Below are positions 37,665 to 46,948 of a DNA stretch of 64,000 nucleotides, piece after piece. The notes under the pieces were generated by a model. The model was not told the origin of the DNA. It searched no databases and saw nothing but the letters and a program-made list of their open reading frames with translations. A program made the position numbers and the translations under genes. Source of the stretch: Candidatus Saccharimonadota bacterium (GTDB taxonomy: Bacteria; Patescibacteriota; Saccharimonadia; Saccharimonadales; JACDBH01); the NCBI GenBank assembly GCA_028289135.1, contig JAQGGW010000008.1, forward strand, positions 34,385 through 98,384, read 5' to 3'. Each line of letters begins with the position of its first letter. Positions within the stretch are counted from its first letter, which is position 1.

Positions 37665-38636
37665 CTAGCGTCTCCTTTTTTTACCTTTTGAAGACTTTTT
37701 AGCGGCTGCGGTGTTTGTTTTTGGTTTTTCAATAATTTCGCCTTCGATAATAGTGCGTGTAACAGTCGATTTCTTAGAGTTTTTTGAAGTTTTTCTAGAG
37801 ACCGGCTTAACTTCAACCGATGCTTCAAGCTCATCCTCGTCACGCCCAAGCACCTTGTTTTGCTGGATAATTGCCACAATTCCGCTCACCAGCCAGTAAA
37901 GGCTGAGGGCTGAAGCAATGTTAACGGTTAGGAAAAAGATCATAACAGGGATAAAAAAGCGGGTGCTGCGGCCAACGGCAGCGTTTACTTCGCTCTGGTC
38001 AGCCTTTTCCCCGCCCCCGGCGTTCTTTAAAATGTCACGCAATTTGCGGGCGTTTTTGTCGTTTGGCATCAGCTGCTTACTCTGGTAGTACTGGCTGATT
38101 GCGCTGCCAAGCACCAAAATCATGGCCGGCCAATAGACACCGCCGCCCTTTTCAAGCGCGCTGCGCGTTAGGTCAACGACCCCAAACAAGGTGTGGTCAA
38201 ATTTGCCGATGTTGCCCGCTAACTCCTTGAGCCAGCCCATATGCTGCACAAACGGATACGAAAAGGCCACGATGTTGTGCGGATTGGTGATAATCCGGCG
38301 GATACCAGAGTAGAGCCCAATCAGGATTGGCAGCTGCAAAATGACAATACCGAGCGAGCTAAAGGGGTTAACTCCGCGTTCTTTGTATAGCTCCATGACC
38401 ATAGCCGACTCTTTTTGCTTGTCGCCAGCGGCTTCTTTTTTAATCCGCTTCATCTCCGGCTGGAGCTCGCGCATGGCTTTGGCGTTGTGGAGCTGTTTCT
38501 TAACAAGCGGCCACATAATGAGGCGCACAGCGATGGTAAACAGAATAATCGCAAAACCAAAGTTATGGCCTGGCAGCAAGGTATAAATAAGTACAAGAAG
38601 GTTAAAAATTGGGCGTACGATAATCGTGGTAAACAT
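37665..38636 (-). CDS. yidC: membrane protein insertase YidC (short, monoderm type)
   Basis: 323 aa with ...RLIMWPLVKKQLHNAKAMRELQPEMKRIKKE..., 5 TM helices and a Lys/Arg-rich C-terminal tail. Confidence 0.85.
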   Translation of the reverse strand: MFTTIIVRPIFNLLVLIYTLLPGHNFGFAIILFTIAVRLIMWPLVKKQLHNAKAMRELQPEMKRIKKEAAGDKQKESAMVMELYKERGVNPFSSLGIVILQLPILIGLYSGIRRIITNPHNIVAFSYPFVQHMGWLKELAGNIGKFDHTLFGVVDLTRSALEKGGGVYWPAMILVLGSAISQYYQSKQLMPNDKNARKLRDILKNAGGGEKADQSEVNAAVGRSTRFFIPVMIFFLTVNIASALSLYWLVSGIVAIIQQNKVLGRDEDELEASVEVKPVSRKTSKNSKKSTVTRTIIEGEIIEKPKTNTAAAKKSSKGKKRRR

Positions 38637-38807
38637 GAGCTTTTTCCGGGACCTTACCTTTTAGTTTGTGGCTTTACTATACCACACTACCCCATAAAAT
38701 AGGTTTTATGGGGACCCCTGGTGGAGGATTTTGTTAACTCCTTACGCTTTGTGGGCGGTTACAGACGCTTTCGTATCAGAACCGGGGCTGCAGAAACCGT
38801 TTTAAAA

Positions 38808-39152
38808 TTATAAAATTTTGGAGCGTTCGAGGAGGTTTTTGACTTCTGCGGCCAGCTTTTCGGCCGGCATGCTGGCCGCTTCCAGTTGGTAGATAGTAAA
38901 AACCAGGTTTGCCTGCTGCTTGAACTCCGCCATGTGGACGCGCACCAGCTCATAAACACGCCGCCTAATCCGGTTGCGCACCACGGCCGACTTATGAACC
39001 TTTTTGCTCACCACTACCGCCACGTGCACCGCAGGATGCTTTGGGTCCACATAAACATGCAGGCTTCCGAGCTCGTTGCGCTGGGATCTGCCTTGTTTAT
39101 AAATGCGGCGGACTGATTGGTGACCGTGGAAACGGTTTAGCTTGGCTAACAT
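38808..39152 (-). CDS. rnpA: ribonuclease P protein component
   Basis: 114 aa, basic, with LAKLNRFHGHQSVRRIYKQG... and VVVSKKVHKSAVVRNRIRRRV (RNR motif). Confidence 0.8.
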   Translation of the reverse strand: MLAKLNRFHGHQSVRRIYKQGRSQRNELGSLHVYVDPKHPAVHVAVVVSKKVHKSAVVRNRIRRRVYELVRVHMAEFKQQANLVFTIYQLEAASMPAEKLAAEVKNLLERSKIL

Positions 39153-39262
39153 ATGTACAGTGTACCTTTTTTACTTAACAGTGGTAAATCCGGACGTCAA
39201 TGCCCTTCTGAGGCCATTTCTAGGGCCTGTAGGGCTGTTTAGGGGTCAAAACAAGAAAAACA

Positions 39263-39279
39263 CCGCCCTCAAAAGGCGG
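39263..39279 (-). terminator. candidate terminator hairpin downstream of rpmH
   Basis: On the minus strand CCGCC-TTTTGAG-GGCGG is followed by TGTTTTTCTTGTTTTG. It is nested inside a longer AGGGGTCA/TGACCCCT pairing. Confidence 0.4.
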
Positions 39280-39313
39280 CATTCTCTCTGTTAAGGCTAA
39301 AACTGACCCCTGT

Positions 39314-39451
39314 TTAGGCAGTGAGTTTTTTGCGGCCCTTGGCACGGCGGCGGGCAAGCAAGTTGCGACCGGTGCGGTTGGCCATGCGCTTCAAGAAACC
39401 GTGCTCTTTTGCACGTGAGCGTTTCTTGGGCTGGAATGTTCGTTTTGGCAT
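39314..39451 (-). CDS. rpmH: 50S ribosomal protein L34
   Basis: Not in the ORF track (45 aa). The minus-strand translation [45 protein letters not shown] is the canonical L34 sequence. Confidence 0.9.
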   Translation of the reverse strand: MPKRTFQPKKRSRAKEHGFLKRMANRTGRNLLARRRAKGRKKLTA

Positions 39452-39579
39452 AATTTATCCTGTTATCTCTTATTAATTTAACTCTTAGTATACAGTAGCG
39501 GCTATTGTCTGTAGAGTCTTGTTATTTTGACAATAAATGACCGCTATATCTTAACAGGTTTTCCCCTGTTTTCAAAGCG

Positions 39580-39725
39580 TTATCCCCAGTTTTGTCAGAT
39601 ACAAAGCCTGCCTGTGTATAAATAAGCACAAAAATCACATATTTTACGGTGCGTTAATTTTACATCTTATTACTTGTGGAAAACTCCGCAACTTTTGCTA
39701 TAGTATTAGTTAGAAACGTGGATAA
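39580..39725. promoter_or_regulatory. DnaA-box cluster upstream of dnaA (candidate oriC / dnaA autoregulatory region)
   Basis: Four 8-of-9 matches to TTATCCACA/TGTGGATAA: TTATCCCCA 39580-39588, TGTGTATAA 39613-39621, TGTGGAAAA 39675-39683 and CGTGGATAA 39717-39725. They sit between the divergent rpmH and dnaA. Confidence 0.55.
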
Positions 39726-39740
39726 AGAGAGGGTAACCAG

Positions 39741-41129
39741 ATGCAGGACGACCACTTGTGGCAAGCAGTGCTCGGCGAGATAGAGCTTAGTATCTCGAGG
39801 GGTAACTATGTCACGTGGTTTAAAAACACCCGCCTGCTCCGCTTTAAGGACAACGTTCTGACCATCGGCGTCCCCAACGTTTTTGTAAAACAGCAGCTTG
39901 AGCGCAAATATAACGACATTATTATGGAGCTGCTCGCCAAAAACCGCACCACTCCCGACAAAATCGAATATAAGATCCACACCGACCTGTCCAAAAACAG
40001 CGCCAACCAAGAGGAAGAGTCAATCTCACTCAACCCCTCTTCCTCACCAAGCTCAGTAGCCACCCACGCCCAAATGCCGATGAGCAACGGCAACTCACTG
40101 AGCCATTCTTACCGCCTTGGCCTCAATGAGCGCTACACTTTTGACAATTTTATCGTCGGCGGCGGCAACGAACTGGCTTATGCCGCCTGCCAGGCAATTG
40201 CCGCCAACCCGGGCACCAAATACAACCCGCTATTTATATATGGCGGCGTTGGGATCGGCAAAACCCACCTTATCCAAGCTGTCGGCAACGCGATTATCGC
40301 TAACAAACCCGGCACGCGCGTGGTTTATGTCTCGACCGAACAATTTGTCCAGGAATTCATCGATGCTGTCCGCTATAAGAAAAACACCGACTTCGCAGGC
40401 TATTACCGCAACGCCGACGTGCTGATTATCGACGACATGCAGTTTATTGCCGGCAAAGATAAAACCCAAGAAGAATTTTTCCACACCTTTAATGCCCTGC
40501 ACCAGGCCAACAAGCAGGTCATTATTAGCTCCGACAAGCCGCCAAAAGATATCCCGACCCTCGAGGAACGTTTGCGCAGCAGGTTTGCCTGGGGCATGAG
40601 TATCGACATGCAAAACCCAGACTTCGAAACCCGCTGCGCGATTGTCCAGTCCAAGGCCGAAATGAAGGGCATGGTTTTGCCGCCCGACGTTGTTGAATAT
40701 TTGGCCAACCACATCCAGACAAACATCCGCGAGCTCGAAGGCGCGCTTAACCAATTAATTGCCTTTTGTGAAATGCGCGGCCTGGAGCCGGACGCCAATA
40801 TTGTCTCGAGCCTGCTTAGCGCCAACAAGTCCCGGCCAAAACATTTAAGCGCCCGCCAGGTGATTGAGCGGATTTCCAAACATTTCCAGGTGCCGATGGA
40901 CGATCTGCTTGGGCCAAAACGCGACAAAGACATTGTTGTCCCCCGCCAAGTGGCCATGTATATGCTTAGATCAGAGCTACATTTAAGCTTCCCCAAGATT
41001 GCCCGCGAGCTTGGACGTAAGGACCACACGACAGCCATCCACTCGGTCGAGAAGATCGAGCAAGAGCTAACATTCGACGCCATCATGCGCCAGCACATTT
41101 CCGAGATCAAGGAGCGCTTATATGCCTAA
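39741..41129 (+). CDS. dnaA: chromosomal replication initiator protein DnaA
   Basis: 462 aa with LWQAVLGEIELSIS, Walker A GGVGIGKTHL, Walker B LIIDDMQF, and the domain IV motif RQVAMYMLRSELHLSFPKIARELGRKDHTTAIHS. Confidence 0.95.
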   Translation: MQDDHLWQAVLGEIELSISRGNYVTWFKNTRLLRFKDNVLTIGVPNVFVKQQLERKYNDIIMELLAKNRTTPDKIEYKIHTDLSKNSANQEEESISLNPSSSPSSVATHAQMPMSNGNSLSHSYRLGLNERYTFDNFIVGGGNELAYAACQAIAANPGTKYNPLFIYGGVGIGKTHLIQAVGNAIIANKPGTRVVYVSTEQFVQEFIDAVRYKKNTDFAGYYRNADVLIIDDMQFIAGKDKTQEEFFHTFNALHQANKQVIISSDKPPKDIPTLEERLRSRFAWGMSIDMQNPDFETRCAIVQSKAEMKGMVLPPDVVEYLANHIQTNIRELEGALNQLIAFCEMRGLEPDANIVSSLLSANKSRPKHLSARQVIERISKHFQVPMDDLLGPKRDKDIVVPRQVAMYMLRSELHLSFPKIARELGRKDHTTAIHSVEKIEQELTFDAIMRQHISEIKERLYA

Positions 41130-41426
41130 TTTACAAACTCATGTTGCGCGTATGTGGAGTGCTTGTGCACAAACCGCTCATAACTGCCCGCTTGCTACTG
41201 GTATAACTACCCAAAACAACCACAGGCCTGCATACATTAGTAATGCTCCAGTGTATAAAGTCCCCCAGTTTGCCGGTTTTAACACCCCGTCTAACCACCG
41301 CTTTACCCACGAAGCCCAGATGCTAATTAACAGAGTAAAGCCGGCACTTATACCCACTGTCCACATGGCTTATATAGAGAATAAAAAGTTAAATTTAATT
41401 AAATATTATTAGAAAGGGCATATACA
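41130..41426. promoter_or_regulatory. dnaA-dnaN spacer with weaker DnaA-box-like sites and an AT-rich block (possible second origin half / DUE)
   Basis: 297-bp non-coding gap with several 7-of-9 box matches (TTGTGCACA, AGTGTATAA, CTGTCCACA, TTATACCCA). A strongly AT-rich stretch follows at about 41371-41415, just before dnaN. Confidence 0.35.
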
Positions 41427-42518
41427 ATGAAGCTTCAAGTCACCCAGGAAAATCTTTCAAAAGCACTCAGCACCGTTGCCCGTGTAGCTAATACCCGCAA
41501 TACATTACCGATTCTTGGAAACGTATTACTTAAAACCGTCGACAACCGTTTAAGTGTTTCGGCAACAAACCTCGACATTGCCATCACGCACTACATCGGG
41601 TCAAAAGTGAGCGAAGAAGGCGCCATTACTGTTCCTGCCCGGCTAATGCAGGATTTTGTGAGCAGCTTGCCTAGTGGAGTGATTGACCTGGAGCTAGACG
41701 AAAACAAACTTCATATTGCTACCGACCAGTACAAATCAACCATTAACGGCGTCAGTGCCGAGGATTTCCCGGTTATGCCGGCCATTACCGGTGGCACTTC
41801 GTGGCAGATTTCAACTAGCGTATTTAAAAAAGGCTTGCAGCAAACCGTGTTGGCAGCTTCAACCGATGAAGCCCGCCCAGTATTAACGGGGGTGTTTTTA
41901 CATAGTTTTGATGGGGATCTGCATATGGTCGCCACCGACAGCTACCGCCTGGCCGAAAAAACCCTGCAAAAATCTAAAAGCGATACTTCCCTGCTGGTCC
42001 CAGGCTCGGCACTCCAGGATATGCTGCGAATTTTAGGCGACACCGAAGAACAGGTTATGATCACCCACGACGAACAGCAAGTCTTGTTCCAGGTTGGCGA
42101 AGTTGAGCTGGTCAGCCGTCTGATCGAAGGTGCTTACCCAGATTACCGCAAGCTTATCCCAAAATCTTTCGAGGTTACGGCCACGCTGAGCAAGGCCGAC
42201 TTTACGAATATTACTAAAGTTTCATCACTATTTGCGCGCGAAAGTGCCGGCAGCGTCACAATTAAGATCGACGAAGCCGCCAAACAAGTCAGCATCCGTT
42301 CGGTCGCCTCACAACTTGGCGAAAACACGGCTAGCGCTACCGCGGAAGTCACAGGCAGCGGCGAAGTAACGCTAAATTCACGCTACTTGCTGGACGCTTT
42401 GCACGTCTTTAACGGCGACAAAATAACATTTAGCTTTAACGGCAAGCTTGACCCGTGCCTGCTTACCGAACCATCAGCCAAGGGTTACAAGCACATAATT
42501 ATGCCGCTTCGCTCTTAA
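41427..42518 (+). CDS. dnaN: DNA polymerase III beta sliding clamp
   Basis: 363 aa starting MKLQVTQENLSKALSTVARVANTRNTLPILGNVLL, with the three-domain length and a ...IMPLRS end. Confidence 0.9.
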   Translation: MKLQVTQENLSKALSTVARVANTRNTLPILGNVLLKTVDNRLSVSATNLDIAITHYIGSKVSEEGAITVPARLMQDFVSSLPSGVIDLELDENKLHIATDQYKSTINGVSAEDFPVMPAITGGTSWQISTSVFKKGLQQTVLAASTDEARPVLTGVFLHSFDGDLHMVATDSYRLAEKTLQKSKSDTSLLVPGSALQDMLRILGDTEEQVMITHDEQQVLFQVGEVELVSRLIEGAYPDYRKLIPKSFEVTATLSKADFTNITKVSSLFARESAGSVTIKIDEAAKQVSIRSVASQLGENTASATAEVTGSGEVTLNSRYLLDALHVFNGDKITFSFNGKLDPCLLTEPSAKGYKHIIMPLRS

Positions 42519-42557
42519 GCTCTTGCCGATGCGCCAACTCTTCACTACCCTTATAAG

Positions 42558-43616
42558 ATGCTAAGCAACATTGAGCTTAAACAGTTCCGCTCCTACCAGG
42601 ACGACAGTTTTGAATTTAGCCCAGGCGTTAATATTATCGTTGGGCCGAATGCCAGCGGTAAATCAAACTTGCTTGAAGCGGTGCTGGTTATGGCGCGCGG
42701 TGCATCATACCGGGCGGCCGACACGGATTTGATTATGTTCGGCAAACCATGGGCACGCCTTGATGCCGCACTGTCGGACGGGGTTAAAAGAACGCTCAAA
42801 ATTACTAAAAGCGGCGATAAAAGCACTAAGGCATACGTGTTTGACGAAAAGCCCTACGCCCGGCTTTCCTACGCCCATACTTTGCCGGTAGTATTGTTTG
42901 AGCCCAATAACCTTTTGCTGCTTCATGGCCAGCCGGACGCCCGCAGGCTCTATATGGATGACCTTTTAGAACAGTTAGAGCCTGGGTTTGCAGCCACGCG
43001 TAAACATTACCGCCGGGTTCTAAGCCAACGCAATGCCCTTTTAAAACGCCAACCGCACGACATTGAACAGCAAATATTTGTCTGGAATGTGCGTCTTAGC
43101 GAACTGGGCGGGCATATTGCCAGCCAGCGCATTGCCCTTGTCGAAAAACTAAACCAAAAACTGGGCGGCATTTATAAAAACATTGCCCAGGCCAAAACTA
43201 AAGTAACTGCAGAGTACGAAAGCCAGCTGCCATTTGAAAATTATGAAACTGCCCTGCTCCGCAAGCTTGAAGCCTCACTAGAAAAGGATATTTTGCGCGG
43301 TTTCACTGCCGTAGGGCCGCACCGCGACGACTTGGTGCTGCGGTTCGACAATGTAGCGGCCAGCGAAACGGCGTCCCGCGGCGAGACCCGTACGGCGCTA
43401 CTGGCGCTAAAAGTATTTGAACTAGAACTACTAGAAAGTGTCCGCGGCCAAAAGCCGCTTTTGCTGCTGGACGACGTCTTTAGCGAGCTGGATGGCAAAC
43501 GCCGCCATGCCCTGACCGAATACCTCCAAAACTACCAAACATTTATAACCACCACCGACGCCGACGTTGTACTTCACAGCTTCGCCCAGTCCGCCAACCT
43601 GATTGCACTTAAATAA
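42558..43616 (+). CDS. recF: DNA replication/repair protein RecF
   Basis: 352 aa with FRSY, Walker A GPNASGKSNLLEA, and the signature/Walker B LLLLDDVFSELD. Confidence 0.9.
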   Translation: MLSNIELKQFRSYQDDSFEFSPGVNIIVGPNASGKSNLLEAVLVMARGASYRAADTDLIMFGKPWARLDAALSDGVKRTLKITKSGDKSTKAYVFDEKPYARLSYAHTLPVVLFEPNNLLLLHGQPDARRLYMDDLLEQLEPGFAATRKHYRRVLSQRNALLKRQPHDIEQQIFVWNVRLSELGGHIASQRIALVEKLNQKLGGIYKNIAQAKTKVTAEYESQLPFENYETALLRKLEASLEKDILRGFTAVGPHRDDLVLRFDNVAASETASRGETRTALLALKVFELELLESVRGQKPLLLLDDVFSELDGKRRHALTEYLQNYQTFITTTDADVVLHSFAQSANLIALK

Positions 43617-44288
43617 CTAGCCAGCCGGTGCGCCGTCTCCCAAACTAGACGGGGTTAAGAAATGATAATTCTCCCCCGTCAGTGAATGAAGCATAAGTTT
43701 AGACTGTAATTCTTTTAATGCCGCATCTTGGGCGGAAGTGTCGTTAAGAGTAATAATAAAACTGTCGTCACTACTTACGTAGTCGATAACGTAAGTATCG
43801 TGGTTGGCCGGGAGGGTCCCAATATATTGGTTACGGATGCTGTTTGAAGGAAGTAAAGTATCGAGGTTCGCACCTGTAGACTCGTTTAAGATAGCTGTTT
43901 TAATATGGTTATTTTTTAGCAAAGTTGCCGTAACCACTATTTTGTCTGACGATTTAGCAAAAGTGCCGCTTAGTGTCAGGGTGTTTCCCTTCTTACTTGG
44001 CTTGCCGCCAACATCAAACTCAACCGTTGGATGCTTGGCGGGGTTGTAGGCGTTAAAATTTTTACGTGCAAAGAAGGCGATGTCATCCCGCAACAGGCTA
44101 TCTGCCCGCGTGCCAAACGGCGAATACGTGTCGTTCTTGTATATAAGAAACGCTCCCGAAGTCGGGGAGACATACTCGTCGCCATTAGCAATGTCGGCTG
44201 GCTTGTGCGAACGAAGGCCTGCGATTAACAGAATCACGATACCGAGAATGAGGACGGCACTAATAATAATTCGTCGCCTACTCATCAT
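43617..44288 (-). CDS. hypothetical N-terminally membrane-anchored protein (last gene of the T4SS-like cluster)
   Basis: Start moved to MMSRRRIIISAVLILGIVILLIAGL (ATGATGA overlap with the upstream stop). Single TM helix plus a ~190-aa beta-rich domain. No family. Confidence 0.5.
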   Translation of the reverse strand: MMSRRRIIISAVLILGIVILLIAGLRSHKPADIANGDEYVSPTSGAFLIYKNDTYSPFGTRADSLLRDDIAFFARKNFNAYNPAKHPTVEFDVGGKPSKKGNTLTLSGTFAKSSDKIVVTATLLKNNHIKTAILNESTGANLDTLLPSNSIRNQYIGTLPANHDTYVIDYVSSDDSFIITLNDTSAQDAALKELQSKLMLHSLTGENYHFLTPSSLGDGAPAG

Positions 44289-46375
44289 TTTGTAGTCTCC
44301 ACCGGTATGGTTGTTGCTGGCGGTGGTGGATTCCTTGGCCCGGTGTAATGTACTGCCCATTCAAAAGTGCCGCCTTTGCCATCACCAACAAAACCGCGGT
44401 TTTTACGCACCCCGGACAAAACGTCAGGATTAGACGCCTCCATGGTTTTAAGCTCTTTGGTGGTTTTGTCGTAACTTACGACGACTGCAATATGGCCCGT
44501 GCCACCATCGGCTGTATGGCAAAGCCGCCCGATCCCAACCAAGTCTCCGGGCTGTACCGTAGTAAGGTCCTCTATCTCTTTAAAATGAGGGTCAGTTAAG
44601 TATTGGGCAGAACAAATTCCAAGCAGATCGACACTAAAAGCCCTGTAAATAGCCATCCCAGTAAGTGCGCTACAGTCTAGGATGGTTGGGTTTGGAATCT
44701 TAGGATCACGCGGCCCAGATCCGTACGCAATGCCAGTAAGCTGGTTAATTGCCGCGCAAGCTATTGCTGCATTACCCTCGTTTGCGCCGCAATCTGTAAT
44801 ATACTGAGCCGCCGCTCCTGTTGCTGGCTGGCTGGCGTTACCACAGACAGTATTAACTGTTGTTGCTGGCGACCCAGAAGTAAGGCCCGCCGTAATAGCG
44901 TCGATAGTTTCTAATACCCCAGACTTGTAAGCGTTTTCATTATTCCCATCACCGTTTGGCGCATAGTGGCTAAAGTAGACAGAAAAGTTTGGTGAAACGT
45001 AAGTGCTATCAGGGTTGAGATAGTTACGCCTTATGTAGGCAAACCAGTTGTCGTCCGCAATCAAGCTGCCCCCCCATGACTGCCACTGATACACTAGCCG
45101 GTCTCTCGTCCCATGGTAAACAGTGTGCGGCTGTGAGGCGCTGGCCGAGCGCCCGAATGCATTATAGCTTGGCGGTGTCGTGGCGCTCCAACCTTCTTTG
45201 GCGGTTCCATACTGGCTTTCGCGCTGGATGTGTCCTACTGCTAAAAATGGATTTACATTGTTTTGTTTGCCGCTTGCTACAAAGTCTTTGCCGAGTCCTA
45301 CAAAAGGACTAGTGGGTGCCTTTTTCTGGATGTAGTCATCAATTGCTTTGGCTGTGGCTTGCTGGTCAGTAAGAGCCGAAGGATACGTCAGTATGTGATA
45401 CGGGTTCCCGTCCTCACTGGTGTCGCCAACGGTTGGACCTGTTGCCCCGACGCCGTTCCCGCTAGCAATCGTGCAGCATCCGGGAGTGCTCACGGGGGGT
45501 ACGTTGGTCGATACTAAGGCCCCCGGCTTCGGGAGCTGGGAGACTATCCAGTCGGCCTTTTTTTGCCTGCCTTCCGAGGTGCCAACATGGATCCCGTCTG
45601 CTCCATTAGGGGCATAAACATCCGGTGCAATCGTTGCATCAGCAGCTGCAGCCGTAGCATAGTCGATCACATGAAAATTATCACGAGCGGCAGCTGTAGC
45701 GATTACATCATTAACCGACTGATAAGAGGTGCTTTTTATTGTGTCGGGCGTAGACCAGTACGTGTTTACCCAATAAATAGCCGGGCTATTATTGGCTCTT
45801 ACGGCAGCAACAATCGCGTCTATTTCGTTCGTCAGGTCACTTTTTGGTATCTCACTGTTTGTGCCAAGCGCAATAACAACTATATCCGCATGATCTTTGT
45901 CAAAATCAGTTGCCCCGCCTGTCAGTGCATGATCCTCTAGGTGCGCAATACTTCCAGCAATATTAATGCCTCCTTGCGCTTCAACCGAATGGCCGTTTAC
46001 GCGCGGTGAATTTCCGTCCAGCCCAGTAGCCGTATAAGTTGTATCTACCGAGTAGTTTGCTGCCGCGGTTTTTTCTAGCAGATTGCCTGTTACGGTATGG
46101 GCCTTATTCCCCTGGGTCATGTGATATGTTAGCGAATCGCCAATATAAAAAACCTTATTCCCCGCGGCGGTAACTGTTGGCTGCGGTGTCGATACTTTTG
46201 TTGTGCATTCCGTAGATGTTGGGTCATACATTGGCGTGTTTACGATGGCGTTAAGTTCGTTTACGCTTATCGCATGCGCGCTTGGGACTGCCACCACAAC
46301 CAGCAATGTAGCTATGGTGCCCGCAAGTCTAGTACCAAAACGAAGTTTATGGGAAAAGTGCAGCAAGTACTTCAT
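44285..46375 (-). CDS. secreted three-domain peptidoglycan hydrolase: SGNH/GDSL esterase + lysozyme/glucosaminidase-like + NlpC/P60 endopeptidase (CwlT-like)
   Basis: Signal peptide ...VVAVPSAHA. SGNH blocks FYIGDSLT, IALGTNS, DGIH. The middle region is FLAVGHIQRESQYGTA...YNAFGRS. The NlpC/P60 part has LDCSALTG (Cys) and GTGHIAVVV (His). The start at Met7 is preceded by AGGGGA. Confidence 0.7.
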   Translation of the reverse strand: MKYLLHFSHKLRFGTRLAGTIATLLVVVAVPSAHAISVNELNAIVNTPMYDPTSTECTTKVSTPQPTVTAAGNKVFYIGDSLTYHMTQGNKAHTVTGNLLEKTAAANYSVDTTYTATGLDGNSPRVNGHSVEAQGGINIAGSIAHLEDHALTGGATDFDKDHADIVVIALGTNSEIPKSDLTNEIDAIVAAVRANNSPAIYWVNTYWSTPDTIKSTSYQSVNDVIATAAARDNFHVIDYATAAAADATIAPDVYAPNGADGIHVGTSEGRQKKADWIVSQLPKPGALVSTNVPPVSTPGCCTIASGNGVGATGPTVGDTSEDGNPYHILTYPSALTDQQATAKAIDDYIQKKAPTSPFVGLGKDFVASGKQNNVNPFLAVGHIQRESQYGTAKEGWSATTPPSYNAFGRSASASQPHTVYHGTRDRLVYQWQSWGGSLIADDNWFAYIRRNYLNPDSTYVSPNFSVYFSHYAPNGDGNNENAYKSGVLETIDAITAGLTSGSPATTVNTVCGNASQPATGAAAQYITDCGANEGNAAIACAAINQLTGIAYGSGPRDPKIPNPTILDCSALTGMAIYRAFSVDLLGICSAQYLTDPHFKEIEDLTTVQPGDLVGIGRLCHTADGGTGHIAVVVSYDKTTKELKTMEASNPDVLSGVRKNRGFVGDGKGGTFEWAVHYTGPRNPPPPATTIPVETTK

Positions 46376-46376
46376 A

Positions 46377-46946
46377 TTAATCCCCTGCCACATCTGTTAA
46401 AAATGTAACTAAGTCTTTTGGAGCGTTCTTGTAAGTGCTCTTTGAGGTATCAAAAAGGCCGTCTGGATTAGTAAGAACCCACGAAGCCTTCTCGTAGTCG
46501 TACTGTAGTGCGTAGGATAAGCTATTGCCTTCTGTGCCATCGACTATCGCGCCAATCCAACCGCCATCAAACTGCCGGGCGGAACTAATTCCGCTTTCAT
46601 CTTTAAGCCCTAATGTTTTTTGAACGACGGTGCGGGCACTATCCCCCGCCGAAACCGCAATAATTACTTTTCCGCCAAGCAGCGGTTTAATACTTAGGCT
46701 TGTTTTTACTGCCTTAATTCCTGGCCCGCTTACCAATACCGGATAGGTGCCCGTTTTGCCATATGTGAAAGTTCGTACGCCCAAGTCCTTGGTAGTAATA
46801 CGCGTATTATCTATGTAGACATAAGTTGTTGTCGGATCAAAACTGCCTGTTAAAATCACGGTAACGCGAGGCTTAATAAGGCCTTTAACACCCAGAGCAA
46901 GTACTATAAATATGACAATAATAACAATGAGGCGTATGTATTTCAT
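46377..46946 (-). CDS. hypothetical N-terminally membrane-anchored protein
   Basis: 189 aa starting MKYIRLIVIIVIFIVLALGV (anchor), followed by a beta-rich domain. It is packed tightly between two hydrolase genes. Confidence 0.5.
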   Translation of the reverse strand: MKYIRLIVIIVIFIVLALGVKGLIKPRVTVILTGSFDPTTTYVYIDNTRITTKDLGVRTFTYGKTGTYPVLVSGPGIKAVKTSLSIKPLLGGKVIIAVSAGDSARTVVQKTLGLKDESGISSARQFDGGWIGAIVDGTEGNSLSYALQYDYEKASWVLTNPDGLFDTSKSTYKNAPKDLVTFLTDVAGD

Positions 46947-46948
46947 TG

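Noticed and set aside
40403-41110. Long minus-strand ORFs (235 aa and 174 aa) inside dnaA. Similar antisense ORFs occur at 36157..36630, 49101..49568, 54424..55014, 50838..51314 and 59980..60423.
   Set aside because: They lie wholly inside confidently identified genes on the other strand. They have Ser/Arg/Leu/Ala-skewed, low-information composition typical of antisense shadows in GC-richer coding DNA, and carry no motifs.
41122-41412. 96-aa plus-strand ORF filling the dnaA-dnaN spacer.
   Set aside because: It overlaps the dnaA stop and has odd composition (His/Asn/Thr/Pro-rich, no hydrophobic core pattern). It covers DnaA-box-like sites and the AT-rich block, so it is more likely non-coding origin DNA. 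It cannot be excluded without expression data.
43614-43619. recF and the last T4SS-cluster gene abut tail-to-tail with zero intergenic bases (TAA then CTA).
   Set aside because: It was noted as a curiosity, since there is no room for terminators. Convergent abutting genes are common in compact genomes, and by itself this says little.
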